Shown one piece after another: positions 10,497 to 19,738 of a stretch of DNA of 64,000 nt (within the stretch, counting starts at the first letter, position 1; the number at the start of each line of letters is the position of its first letter). Below the pieces are notes generated by a model, which had not been told where the DNA came from, searched no databases, and saw only the letters and a program-made list of their open reading frames with translations. Both the position numbers and the translations under genes were made by a program. Origin of the DNA: Candidatus Poribacteria bacterium (lineage in GTDB: Bacteria > Poribacteria > WGA-4E > PCPOR2b); NCBI GenBank assembly GCA_965116925.1, contig OZ220744.1:5856001-5920000 (forward strand), written 5' to 3'.

Positions 10497-11783
10497 TTAA
10501 TATCTATAGCCCGCAGACACGAACACCCGGTTAGCCGTCTGACTTTCCGTGAGCGAATCACTTGATTGCGCCCATGAACCTCGCATATAGGCGACATCAA
10601 TTTTGATAATCTGGTCGAAAACCTTGCCTACCCCAATTGTCAGAAAGTCCCGATCATCGTCTATATCTCTATCTCGGAACGGAATTGGATCACGGAAGTA
10701 GCCGACGCGTACACTGGTTTCAATTCCCGGTATACGATACTCCGCACCGAGGCGAACCTGTACGGTGCTGTCATAATACCGATTGAAGTTATTCTGTGCG
10801 TCTTCTGCTGGTAGCGGGTCATATTCAGTCTGTGTCCAGTCTGTAAACTGCATATCGCCGGCAAGCGTCAGACGCTTCTCTAAGAGCTTGATAGCAACGC
10901 CACCGCCAAACTCAAACGGGCGTTTGATATCGTATAAGATTGACCCACCATCACCGTCCACCCCCTCTTCACCATCGTCGAATTGCACTATCGTTTGTTG
11001 CTCCCAGACTTCGTTAACCTCAAGGTTTGCTGGGAGTGTGACAGCTCCACCGAGTGTTACATTTTCCCCGGCGAAAGCAAGCACGCCGACCCGACCACTG
11101 AGCCCTGAATAGTCTCGATCTACAGTGTCGTGAAAAGCGAAACCTTCTATTTCTGGATCAATGTTATTGATGTCTTCTGCTGCACTATCTAACTCGTTGA
11201 AACTTGAGCCGTGCCAAAAATCTATTGAGCCGCCAAGCAAGATATTTTTTGATATAAAGACACCCATCCCAAAACTCCAGATACCCATGCCACCGCTGTT
11301 GAAGGTCGTTTCATCTACATCAAATCCACTAAACACTGAACCAGAAGACGGGTCCAGTCCCTGAACAGCAACCTCCGAATCAAAATTCTGAGGACGATTA
11401 TATCCGAGTGCAAACGCAAAGCCGCCACGATTTGCGTATAAAGGGTAGACGAGACCTATTGAGTTGGGACGGGTTTTCGAGCTGTCAGCTTCAGCAGCAC
11501 GGCCGCGAGTGAACTCTGTTTCTGCATCTAGTTCGTTGTGTGACAGGCTGCCAAAAAATTCAAACTTTCTAATTTGAGCGAGCCCTGCCGGGTTCCAGTA
11601 AAGCGTCGTGAAATCATCTGCAACAGCGAGAAACGCCCCGCCCATCCCCATCGTTCTTGCGCCAAGGCCAAAGGTATTACCGATAGCAATTTCCTCCTCC
11701 TGTGCAACACTGTCCCCATTCCCAAACACAAAATAGGTGAGTATTAACGCGGAAGCAATGGCGGCTTTCATCAATCTTTTCAT
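10497..11783 (-). CDS. OmpP1/FadL-family outer-membrane beta-barrel
   Basis: Signal peptide; GARTMGMGGAF.AVADD..TLYWNPAGLA; C-terminal aromatic (GYRY). Confidence 0.85.
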   Translation of the reverse strand: MKRLMKAAIASALILTYFVFGNGDSVAQEEEIAIGNTFGLGARTMGMGGAFLAVADDFTTLYWNPAGLAQIRKFEFFGSLSHNELDAETEFTRGRAAEADSSKTRPNSIGLVYPLYANRGGFAFALGYNRPQNFDSEVAVQGLDPSSGSVFSGFDVDETTFNSGGMGIWSFGMGVFISKNILLGGSIDFWHGSSFNELDSAAEDINNIDPEIEGFAFHDTVDRDYSGLSGRVGVLAFAGENVTLGGAVTLPANLEVNEVWEQQTIVQFDDGEEGVDGDGGSILYDIKRPFEFGGGVAIKLLEKRLTLAGDMQFTDWTQTEYDPLPAEDAQNNFNRYYDSTVQVRLGAEYRIPGIETSVRVGYFRDPIPFRDRDIDDDRDFLTIGVGKVFDQIIKIDVAYMRGSWAQSSDSLTESQTANRVFVSAGYRY

Positions 11784-11790
11784 TGGATTG

Positions 11791-12405
11791 TTACCTCCTT
11801 CTGGATCTTCGGGATCTGTCACGCCGCGACTCAGACGAACTGCGGGCAGGAGTTTTACGCTCTTCACTCTTCCTTAATGACCGATCCAGACGACTTGAAG
11901 ACGGGTGGCGGGATCTAACCCCCCGATAGCTTTGTGAACGTCGTTTGCCGAAATTCAAATCACCAATCTTGGAGCGTGGCGTTGAGTAGCGGTATCGATG
12001 ATGACGGTACCCATACCCCCTGTAATAGGGGTAGTATCCATAATATGAATAGTATGGATAGGAATATCTGTAATAGGGATAGAGGGGATGATAGCCACCA
12101 TAGTAGGATGGATAGGCGGGATAGTAGTCATCGTAATAGTAGGATCGATAATAACGGTCAGAATAACTGTAACTCGGTTTGCGACGCCCGTAGTACCCTT
12201 CATCTTCCATTTCAGACGGTTTCAGCTCGGCTTCAACTTCCCCTTGCTCCTCCTGTTCGGATTCCACTTTTTCGCCCTTATCTTGGTGATGGTAGGCGGT
12301 TTGTCGGGTTGAAGACCGTGGCTCGTAGTAACCGATCTGCGTGTAACACCCTGCGAGAGTAATTACTGCCAGCAGGAGTGTGACAGAGAGAACGAGTCTG
12401 TTCAT
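11791..12405 (-). CDS. Lipoprotein with Tyr-rich core and Arg/Ser-rich tail
   Basis: Lipobox LAGC after a hydrophobic stretch; low-complexity Tyr-rich region. Confidence 0.75.
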   Translation of the reverse strand: MNRLVLSVTLLLAVITLAGCYTQIGYYEPRSSTRQTAYHHQDKGEKVESEQEEQGEVEAELKPSEMEDEGYYGRRKPSYSYSDRYYRSYYYDDYYPAYPSYYGGYHPLYPYYRYSYPYYSYYGYYPYYRGYGYRHHRYRYSTPRSKIGDLNFGKRRSQSYRGVRSRHPSSSRLDRSLRKSEERKTPARSSSESRRDRSRRSRRR

Positions 12406-12779
12406 GGTCAGTCTTCCTTTCGTGAATTGTTCGTAGGTTGACTCAGCGAGATATGTCGAGTATATCATAGGAAATACCTACTGCCAAGCGAAAAATCAAA
12501 ATCTGTTAAGTCCATAAACTGCCTGCTATAGATTGTGGTTGACAGATACACAAAGTTTCCATAAAATTTTGCTCGGCAGCAATTTCCTTGAGATAAGCAA
12601 TTAAGATGCCATAATTCAATTTTGTTGAAATAGAGCGGAATTCTTACGAAATTGTCTAAATAAATGCAGCAAATAGAGATTGAATCCGAAAAGATTGTGG
12701 CAACAATGATACAGTTTAATATCGTAAGTGCCACAGCGAATTGCATTGATGTAGGCATATAATATAAAAGGAAGCTAAG

Positions 12780-13676
12780 ATGAGAAGAGAAGTACGCTGG
12801 GAACGGATGTTTCCCGATGAACTAGAAGCTGCGCTAGAGGAATGCCCTGTTGTCTATTTCTGCTACGGCTTGTGTGAGCCCCATGGTCCTCAGAACACGG
12901 TCGGGCTTGACGCTTTGAAAGCGCATGCGATTGCGTGCCGAACAGCCCATGAGCACGGCGGTGTCGTTGCTCCACCCGATTACTGGCACATCCACGAACA
13001 TGGCGGTTATGCACTCTGGGGAAATCGAACCGTCGGAGAGGTGCGTCCATGGCTGACCGCTATGCCCGCATGGATGCATTTCAAGAATATCTGCTATCAT
13101 GTCCGCGCAGCCGATGCCTTGGGATTTCATGCCGCTATCCTTTTGACGGGACACTACGGTCCCAACTGGAAAGATCTTAAAACGCTGCTTGAAATCCTTC
13201 AACCGCATTTCGACATGCAGCTGTACGGTTTGCCAGATTTCGAGGCGAATCAGCCCGGTTTCGATGGCGATGGCAAAAGCGGGGGCGATCATGCCGGTAA
13301 GGTTGAGACCTCGCTGCTCTGGGCATTGGAGCCGGATTGCGTCGATGTTTCACGTCTACCAGCGCAAGATGCGCCGGGTCCCCACTTTGCTATGGGGGCA
13401 ACCGCACATGAATCGGATCGGCAAGTTGGTGAGCGAATGGTCGCCGATGAAGTCCAGTGGCTTGGTGCCAAAGCAAAAGTGCTGCTCGACGCCTACGCTG
13501 AATCAAGGCCCGCGCGTCAGCCGCTCACCTTCGATCAGATTGAGGAAATATGGGAACGCGATGTGCGTCCACGACTGAAGGACTTTGAAAGTATGCAAAC
13601 CCGCTGGAGCGATGATGAAGGACCATCGCAGGATTCCCGCTGGTACCCTCAATGGCGTGTGCCGGATCGCGGCTAG
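12780..13676 (+). CDS. Creatininase-family amidohydrolase
   Basis: EPHGP..VGLD, GHYG.N and DHAG..ETS metal-site motifs. Confidence 0.85.
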   Translation: MRREVRWERMFPDELEAALEECPVVYFCYGLCEPHGPQNTVGLDALKAHAIACRTAHEHGGVVAPPDYWHIHEHGGYALWGNRTVGEVRPWLTAMPAWMHFKNICYHVRAADALGFHAAILLTGHYGPNWKDLKTLLEILQPHFDMQLYGLPDFEANQPGFDGDGKSGGDHAGKVETSLLWALEPDCVDVSRLPAQDAPGPHFAMGATAHESDRQVGERMVADEVQWLGAKAKVLLDAYAESRPARQPLTFDQIEEIWERDVRPRLKDFESMQTRWSDDEGPSQDSRWYPQWRVPDRG

Positions 13677-13696
13677 ATACACGAAAGGAGCGAAAA

Positions 13697-14455
13697 ATGT
13701 CCCTCTCCGAAGGACAAATCAAGGCTTATGAAGCAGAAGGCTTCGTTCCAAAAGTTCAAATTTCCGACGAAACCGAAGCCACCCAACACCGAGCATTGTT
13801 CAACGAATTGGAAGCCAGATTGGGACGAGAGGAATGTGCGATCGGGTTAGTTGACCGGCATTTTGAGGAAGAATTCATCTGGGAAATTGCAACTCACCCG
13901 AAGATTCTCGACTGTATCGAAGCCCTGATAGGACCCGATGTTATGATGATATCGTCGCACTTCTTTTGCAAATATGGTCCCGATCAAAAAAAGTTTGTGG
14001 CATGGCATCAGGATGTAACCTATTGGGGACTTGAGCCGCCCGAAGCGATTACCGCGTGGTATGCAATTGATGACAGCGACTGCGAGAACGGTTGTATGCG
14101 TGTGATTCCTGGCACCCACCGTCCCGGCATTCGAGATCATGGGAAATCTGGACAGGTAGGAAACCTGTTGAGCATCGATCAGGAGGTGCCGGTCAGTGAG
14201 GATGAGGAGCAGAACGCCGTAGATCTGGTTTTGAAGGCGGGCGAAATCTCAATCCATCACGGCACCTTGATTCATGGAAGCCTACCCAATCAATCTACAC
14301 GGCGGCGGTGTGGGTTGACAATTCGTTATATTCCTCCCCGGGTCAAGCAGGTTGACAAGAATTCATTGGGGCTTAACTGGTCGACAATTCTGCTGCGTGG
14401 TGAAAACAGAGAGAAGAATTTTCCTGAACTCCCCAAGCCATTCCCGATGAAATAA
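13697..14455 (+). CDS. Phytanoyl-CoA dioxygenase (PhyH) family
   Basis: WHQD, ENGCMRVIPGTH, HGSLPN.S.RRR. Confidence 0.9.
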   Translation: MSLSEGQIKAYEAEGFVPKVQISDETEATQHRALFNELEARLGREECAIGLVDRHFEEEFIWEIATHPKILDCIEALIGPDVMMISSHFFCKYGPDQKKFVAWHQDVTYWGLEPPEAITAWYAIDDSDCENGCMRVIPGTHRPGIRDHGKSGQVGNLLSIDQEVPVSEDEEQNAVDLVLKAGEISIHHGTLIHGSLPNQSTRRRCGLTIRYIPPRVKQVDKNSLGLNWSTILLRGENREKNFPELPKPFPMK

Positions 14456-14477
14456 CTGATTAACAAAGGACGAAAAA

Positions 14478-15593
14478 ATGTATGACGCCATTGTTATTGG
14501 GGCAGGGGTAATGGGTAGTGCGACAGCCTATAATCTCGCTAAGGCGGGGGCAAGCACGCTGGTGTTAGAACAGTTTTCCCGTGGGCATACCTTCGGCAGC
14601 TCCCACGGAGACAACCGCATCATCCGCCTGATCTACGAGAAGCAATTCTACACAGAATTGATGAAACATGCCTATGCAGAATGGTGGGAAGTAGAAAAGG
14701 AATCGGGGAAGGAGCTGCTGTTCACCACTGGCAGTGTGATAATTGGGCCGGACGGGCACGATTATCTCCACGATATGCGCGTGAGCCTTGATGCTGCCGG
14801 CATCGAGTCCGAATGGTGGGACCAACGACAACTGGCAAACCGCTTTCCACAATTCAGGATTGGAGACGGTGTGGAAGTTTTGTGGCAGAAAGATACCGGT
14901 TTTCTGCCCGCTTCAACCTGTGTCCTGACCTATCTGCAACTCGCCGAAGCGCACGGGGCGGAGGTTCGGGAGGATACGCCAGTAACAGAGATTAACTGGC
15001 AGGGAACGCATCCCGAAGTAATTGCAAACGGGGAACGCTTTCGAGGGAAAAAAGTGATTGTGACTGCGGGAGCGTGGAGCGGACAGATTCTCAGTGAACT
15101 GAATCTCCCGTTGACTGTAACACGACAACAGGTTGTGTATTATCGACCAACCGATGCGAGTCTGTTTCAGCGGGGCAGATTCCCTATTTTCCTCGATGTA
15201 ACGTGGAATGAGGTTCTGTATGGATTTCCTGTGTTTGGACGTGAAGGCGTGAAGATTGCGCGGCACGGTATGGGGCAGCCGGTGTCTCCCGATACGTGTG
15301 ATCGGACACCCGACCCTGAGTATATCGAACATCTCCGTTCTTTTCTGCGTGAGCGTATCCCCGATGCCGCCGGCGAAGCACTTTTCGCACAGGTCTGTCT
15401 CTACACCGAAACACCCGACGAGGATTTTATTATCGACGCACACCCGGATTGCACGAATCTTGTTTTAGCAACTGGGTTCTCCGGGCACGGTTTCAAGTTC
15501 GCCAGCCTCGTCGGACGGATACTTTCGGAAATGGCACTTGAGGGAGCAACAGATTTCGACATCAGTCCGTTTCAACTGGCACGGTTTGAGTAA
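14478..15593 (+). CDS. N-methyl-L-tryptophan/sarcosine oxidase-like FAD oxidase (SolA family)
   Basis: GAGVMG, GSSHG..RIIR, CLYT.TPDEDFIID, GFSGHGFKF. Confidence 0.9.
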   Translation: MYDAIVIGAGVMGSATAYNLAKAGASTLVLEQFSRGHTFGSSHGDNRIIRLIYEKQFYTELMKHAYAEWWEVEKESGKELLFTTGSVIIGPDGHDYLHDMRVSLDAAGIESEWWDQRQLANRFPQFRIGDGVEVLWQKDTGFLPASTCVLTYLQLAEAHGAEVREDTPVTEINWQGTHPEVIANGERFRGKKVIVTAGAWSGQILSELNLPLTVTRQQVVYYRPTDASLFQRGRFPIFLDVTWNEVLYGFPVFGREGVKIARHGMGQPVSPDTCDRTPDPEYIEHLRSFLRERIPDAAGEALFAQVCLYTETPDEDFIIDAHPDCTNLVLATGFSGHGFKFASLVGRILSEMALEGATDFDISPFQLARFE

Positions 15594-15623
15594 TAGGATC
15601 GCTTGTCATATTCTCCTGACAAA

Positions 15624-16610
15624 TCAGTTCGCGCTCCAATTGGGTGTCTGAATGGTGTCAGCGATGGCGAATGCCCTCTGAAGTTCAGATTCGGTAAGCG
15701 GCGGCACATTGATAGCAGCCACGTTTTGTTCAATCTGTTGCATTGTTTTCGCCCCGGCGATGACGCTAGAGGTGCCGGGATGGTCAAGCGTAAAACGTAA
15801 CGCCGCTTGAACCATTGTACGCCCTGTGTTCTCCGCGAGGAAACCGAGTGCTGGGAGTTTTTGGAAGGCATCAACCGACCCCGGCCGATTAAAGCGCTCA
15901 TAGCGTATATCCTCTTTCGGGATCTCACTGCTCTGGAAATATTTGCCCGTCAACATCCCCTTTGCCAATGGAACACGGATGAGCGTACCGATATTCTCTT
16001 GCTTGGCGAAATGAAGTAGGTCGTCTGCATCGCGTTCGAGCAGATTGTAGCCAATTTGCAGCATGTGAATCTCGCCCAACCCCCGCAGTTTATCAATCGC
16101 CTCCCGATCATTCGTCGAAACACCGTACCAACGGATTTTGCCCTCATCTCGCAACTTTGCCAATGTCTCCATGACAGCCGGCATCGCCCCTTCCAGCGGA
16201 ATGGCATGAAGTTGATAGATGTCGATATAATCTGTATCCAGTCGTTTTAGACTCCCTTCGACCGCTTCAACGATTCGCTTTCGCGCTTGCGCCGATAGAT
16301 CCGGATCGTTCGCATCCAAGCCGTTGTTTGGGCTGACTTTGGTGGCGATAATCCACTTATCGCGCCTCCCCTGCAATGCCTGCCCAACAATTTCTTCGCT
16401 ATGACCGGTGCCGTAACTCTCTGCGGAATCGATCAGGTTCACACCAAGTTCTTCCGCACGATGGATGAGCGCGATTGATTGCTGCTCGTCGGTCCCTGTC
16501 CAACCTGTTCGTGAGCCGTCTGCCTGTTGGTATACACCAGAGATTGGAAACGCGCCTATCCCGATTTCTGAAACTTTGATTCCTGTTTGTCCAAACGTTC
16601 TATATTTCAT
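15624..16610 (-). CDS. Aldo/keto reductase
   Basis: IDSAESYG.GHSE, SLKRLDTDYIDIYQLH, PLAKGMLTGKY. Confidence 0.92.
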   Translation of the reverse strand: MKYRTFGQTGIKVSEIGIGAFPISGVYQQADGSRTGWTGTDEQQSIALIHRAEELGVNLIDSAESYGTGHSEEIVGQALQGRRDKWIIATKVSPNNGLDANDPDLSAQARKRIVEAVEGSLKRLDTDYIDIYQLHAIPLEGAMPAVMETLAKLRDEGKIRWYGVSTNDREAIDKLRGLGEIHMLQIGYNLLERDADDLLHFAKQENIGTLIRVPLAKGMLTGKYFQSSEIPKEDIRYERFNRPGSVDAFQKLPALGFLAENTGRTMVQAALRFTLDHPGTSSVIAGAKTMQQIEQNVAAINVPPLTESELQRAFAIADTIQTPNWSAN

Positions 16611-16635
16611 TGGGTTCCCTCCACTAGTCAAGATT

Positions 16636-16794
16636 TATAGTGAACCTTAGAATTAATACCGGTGCGGTTAGGAAACCGCATCCACTGTTCTCCCGTTTGG
16701 TAGGCACTGTTTCCAACTGTGCCTATGCGGTGCGGTTACAAACCGCACCTACCGGGGGGGCGCCAGTGTTTCTTTATTTTTTGAATTCACTATA
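16636..16794. mobile_element. MITE-A (TATAGTG...CACTATA ends) with REP-like palindromes
   Basis: Terminal inverted repeats; homologous copies at 28760, 31327, 45480. Confidence 0.8.
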
Positions 16795-16981
16795 TCCATA
16801 ATTGATTGACACAGACCATTTTACTTGAAAATCCCGTCAGAGTCAAACCAGTTTATGGATTATTGATGGAGGCACGGTAAAGAGCTATATTGCGTTTATC
16901 CTTGACAGATTGCCACACCATTTGTGAAAATAGTATCCACAGTTTCCGTATAAAACGATGGGACAGCAAGGACAGTTGGGG

Positions 16982-18331
16982 ATGCAAAAAGGCAATCAGC
17001 GCATTTATCTCATTAAAATCGCTATCGTTGGGGGGATAACTCTCCTCCTGATTTTGGGGATAGGTGCGCTGCGAACAACAACTCTGAACCCCGATACCGA
17101 TTCTGCGTTTGCTTCTGTTATCTCCAGACTCATTAGCAAGCCGCCCCCTGATCACCCAAATCCTGCGTCTAAGAAGCGGGATTATCTTAAAAAATCGGAT
17201 TGGCCCCAAGGCTTGCGAATCTATCGTGATTGGTGGACAGAACGGGATGCAGCGGTTTATGTCGCGGAAATGAGGCGCGAATCCGAAAATCTCCGCTTCG
17301 GGGTTGAACTCGCCAACAACCGTCTCTTGGGCAGGGAGACAATCACCAGCATGGCAGGACGGCTCGCACAACAGGACATTCCGTTGTTAGCTGGCGTTAA
17401 TGGGAGTTTCGGGCTTCGTGGAGATCGGGTTGGGCGTGGCGGGGTTATCTTTAACCTCCATATCCAAGATTGGGAATTGGTCAGTATTGCCCCTCGACGC
17501 GATTGGTGGGGTTTTCCACCGCCCTCCCCTTGGGGTGAAACCAGTTTCGGTGTGACAACCGATGGCGAATTTTTACTTGACGCCGTTGAATTAAACGGGG
17601 CTATCCATATTGATGGAGAATCGCTCGAAGTTGATTGTATAAATCAGATTCCTGAGGCTGATTGTGCTGCCGTGCTCTACACACCCCGATTTGGGGAACA
17701 GACCCTCGCACGAAGAAGCTATGAAGTTATCCTCAAGGGACTCGACTTGCCACTTACAGGCAGGTATCGTAGCAATTTCAAGGTTGATGCGGTCAATCGG
17801 CGGGGCAACAGCACAATCCCATCCAACGGCGTTGTGTTGGCACTCGATTATCAATTAGCGGTAAAATGGGATGCCACATTCAGGGCGGGCGGTACAGGTA
17901 CACTTGAAATCGCGCTTTCACCCACCAAATGGCAGCGGGTTACCGATGGAATCGGGGGAAATCTCCGTCTCTTACGGAATGGAAAAATTGAACCGGAGCT
18001 TGTGGAATTTCACCAGTCAGGCGGCAGATCTAATTACCGTCACCGCAACGGAGCCAGACTGAATCCGCGGAGCGCGTTGGGGTTTAATGACAATAAGCTA
18101 TTCCTTATTACGGTAGATGGCCGTCAATACGGATATAGTATCGGGATGACGCTTTATGAGATGGCTGGTTTTTTGCGGGACCTCGGCGCGAAGCACGCAA
18201 TAAACTTTGATGGTGGAAGTTCATCGGCGTTATGGGGACTTGGCGACATTGTGAATCGTCCATCGCGCGGCTACGAGCGGTCAGTTTTCAATGTAGCGAT
18301 GGTTACGACCCAGAGGAAGGTAAAAAAATGA
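16982..18331 (+). CDS. Phosphodiester glycosidase (NAGPA) family, membrane-anchored
   Basis: N-terminal TM; NPRSALG, TVDGRQ, AINFDGGSS. Confidence 0.85.
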   Translation: MQKGNQRIYLIKIAIVGGITLLLILGIGALRTTTLNPDTDSAFASVISRLISKPPPDHPNPASKKRDYLKKSDWPQGLRIYRDWWTERDAAVYVAEMRRESENLRFGVELANNRLLGRETITSMAGRLAQQDIPLLAGVNGSFGLRGDRVGRGGVIFNLHIQDWELVSIAPRRDWWGFPPPSPWGETSFGVTTDGEFLLDAVELNGAIHIDGESLEVDCINQIPEADCAAVLYTPRFGEQTLARRSYEVILKGLDLPLTGRYRSNFKVDAVNRRGNSTIPSNGVVLALDYQLAVKWDATFRAGGTGTLEIALSPTKWQRVTDGIGGNLRLLRNGKIEPELVEFHQSGGRSNYRHRNGARLNPRSALGFNDNKLFLITVDGRQYGYSIGMTLYEMAGFLRDLGAKHAINFDGGSSSALWGLGDIVNRPSRGYERSVFNVAMVTTQRKVKK

Positions 18332-19587
18332 TTGAATATAAAGCACCGCGTGCGTTTCATGTGATGACAAAGCCGATTGGGGCAATCTGTAATTTGGATT
18401 GTGAATATTGCTTCTATCTAGACAAAGAGAACCTTTATCCCGACACACGGTCGTTTCGGATGACGGATGAGGTCTTGGAAAATTATGTGCGTCAATATAT
18501 CGAATCGCAGCAGGTCAATGAGATAACCTTCGCTTGGCAGGGGGGCGAACCGACACTGATGGGGGTCGATTTTTTCCGACGGGCTGTGGAATATCAAGAG
18601 AAATACCGACGGGTCGGGACGCAAATCCAGAATACATTCCAGACCAATGCGACGCTTCTGAATGATGAGTGGTGCACGTTCTTCAAGCAGAACAACTTCC
18701 TCATCGGTATCAGCATTGATGGTCCCCCCGAATTGCACGATAAATACCGCTACGACAAACGGGGCAGACCTTCTTCCGATGATGTTCTTCGAGGATTGCG
18801 ATTTTTGCAGAAACATCAGGTGGATTACAATATACTTTGTGTCGTGAACAGTCACAACGCCGATTATCCGCTTGAGGTGTATCGCTACTTCAAAGAACTT
18901 GGTGCTCAATTCATGCAGTTTATCCCCGCTGTTGAGCGCGTGGATGAGAAAGGTGTGACCGACCGTACGGTTCGCGCAGCCCAGTACGGTAAATTCCTCT
19001 GTGCTATCTTCGATGAGTGGGTTGTCAACGATATTGGGAAGATTTTTGTCCAAATCTTCGATGTCGCGCTAGAGGCTTGGTTGGGGTATAACCCAAGTCT
19101 GTGTATCTTCAACGAGACCTGCGGGAACGCGATGGCTATCGAACATAACGGCGACCTCTATTCCTGCGATCATTACGTTGACCCGGAATACTTCCTCGGA
19201 AACGTCATGGACAACCCGATGGAAGCGTTGGTCGAATCGACATTTCAGCGGAAGTTCGGAACCGACAAGCGGGATACTCTGCCTCAGTATTGTCTAGACT
19301 GTGAAGTCCGTTTCGTCTGTAACGGCGGCTGTCCAAAGAACCGTTTCATCAAGACGCCGAGCGGCGAAGATGGTCTGAACTATCTCTGTGCGGGTTATAA
19401 GCAGTTTTTTAACCATATTGATCGACCGATGAAGATGATGGCTGCAGCGCTACAGGCTGGACGACCCGCCGATAGCATTATGCCACTGCTGCGCCCCAAG
19501 CCGGTAGCAGAGGCGCGGAAAGTTGGTCGTAATTCGCCCTGTCCCTGTGGCAGCGGCAAGAAGTATAAGCAGTGCTGTTTGAAATAG
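18328..19587 (+). CDS. Anaerobic sulfatase maturase (radical SAM/SPASM) with SEC-C tail
   Basis: CNLDCEYC, WQGGEPTL, SPASM cysteines, KVGRNSPCPCGSGKKYKQCC. Confidence 0.93.
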   Translation: MIEYKAPRAFHVMTKPIGAICNLDCEYCFYLDKENLYPDTRSFRMTDEVLENYVRQYIESQQVNEITFAWQGGEPTLMGVDFFRRAVEYQEKYRRVGTQIQNTFQTNATLLNDEWCTFFKQNNFLIGISIDGPPELHDKYRYDKRGRPSSDDVLRGLRFLQKHQVDYNILCVVNSHNADYPLEVYRYFKELGAQFMQFIPAVERVDEKGVTDRTVRAAQYGKFLCAIFDEWVVNDIGKIFVQIFDVALEAWLGYNPSLCIFNETCGNAMAIEHNGDLYSCDHYVDPEYFLGNVMDNPMEALVESTFQRKFGTDKRDTLPQYCLDCEVRFVCNGGCPKNRFIKTPSGEDGLNYLCAGYKQFFNHIDRPMKMMAAALQAGRPADSIMPLLRPKPVAEARKVGRNSPCPCGSGKKYKQCCLK

Positions 19588-19628
19588 GTTAATCCGGGAT
19601 GGCAGCCTACCGGCATTATGAGAAGGAA

Positions 19629-19719
19629 GGCTCATCTAAAAAGAAAGTGCAAAGCACGAAGAGAAACCGAGTTTTCAAGAAAAAACTCGGTTTCTTTGCA
19701 CTAAATCTTAACATGAGCC
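19629..19719. mobile_element. MITE-B with 9-bp target duplication
   Basis: GGCTCAT...ATGAGCC ends; GAGAAGGAA on both flanks; internal AGAAACCGAGTTTT/AAAACTCGGTTTCT hairpin. Confidence 0.88.
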
Positions 19720-19738
19720 GAGAAGGAAAACTGCTGAT

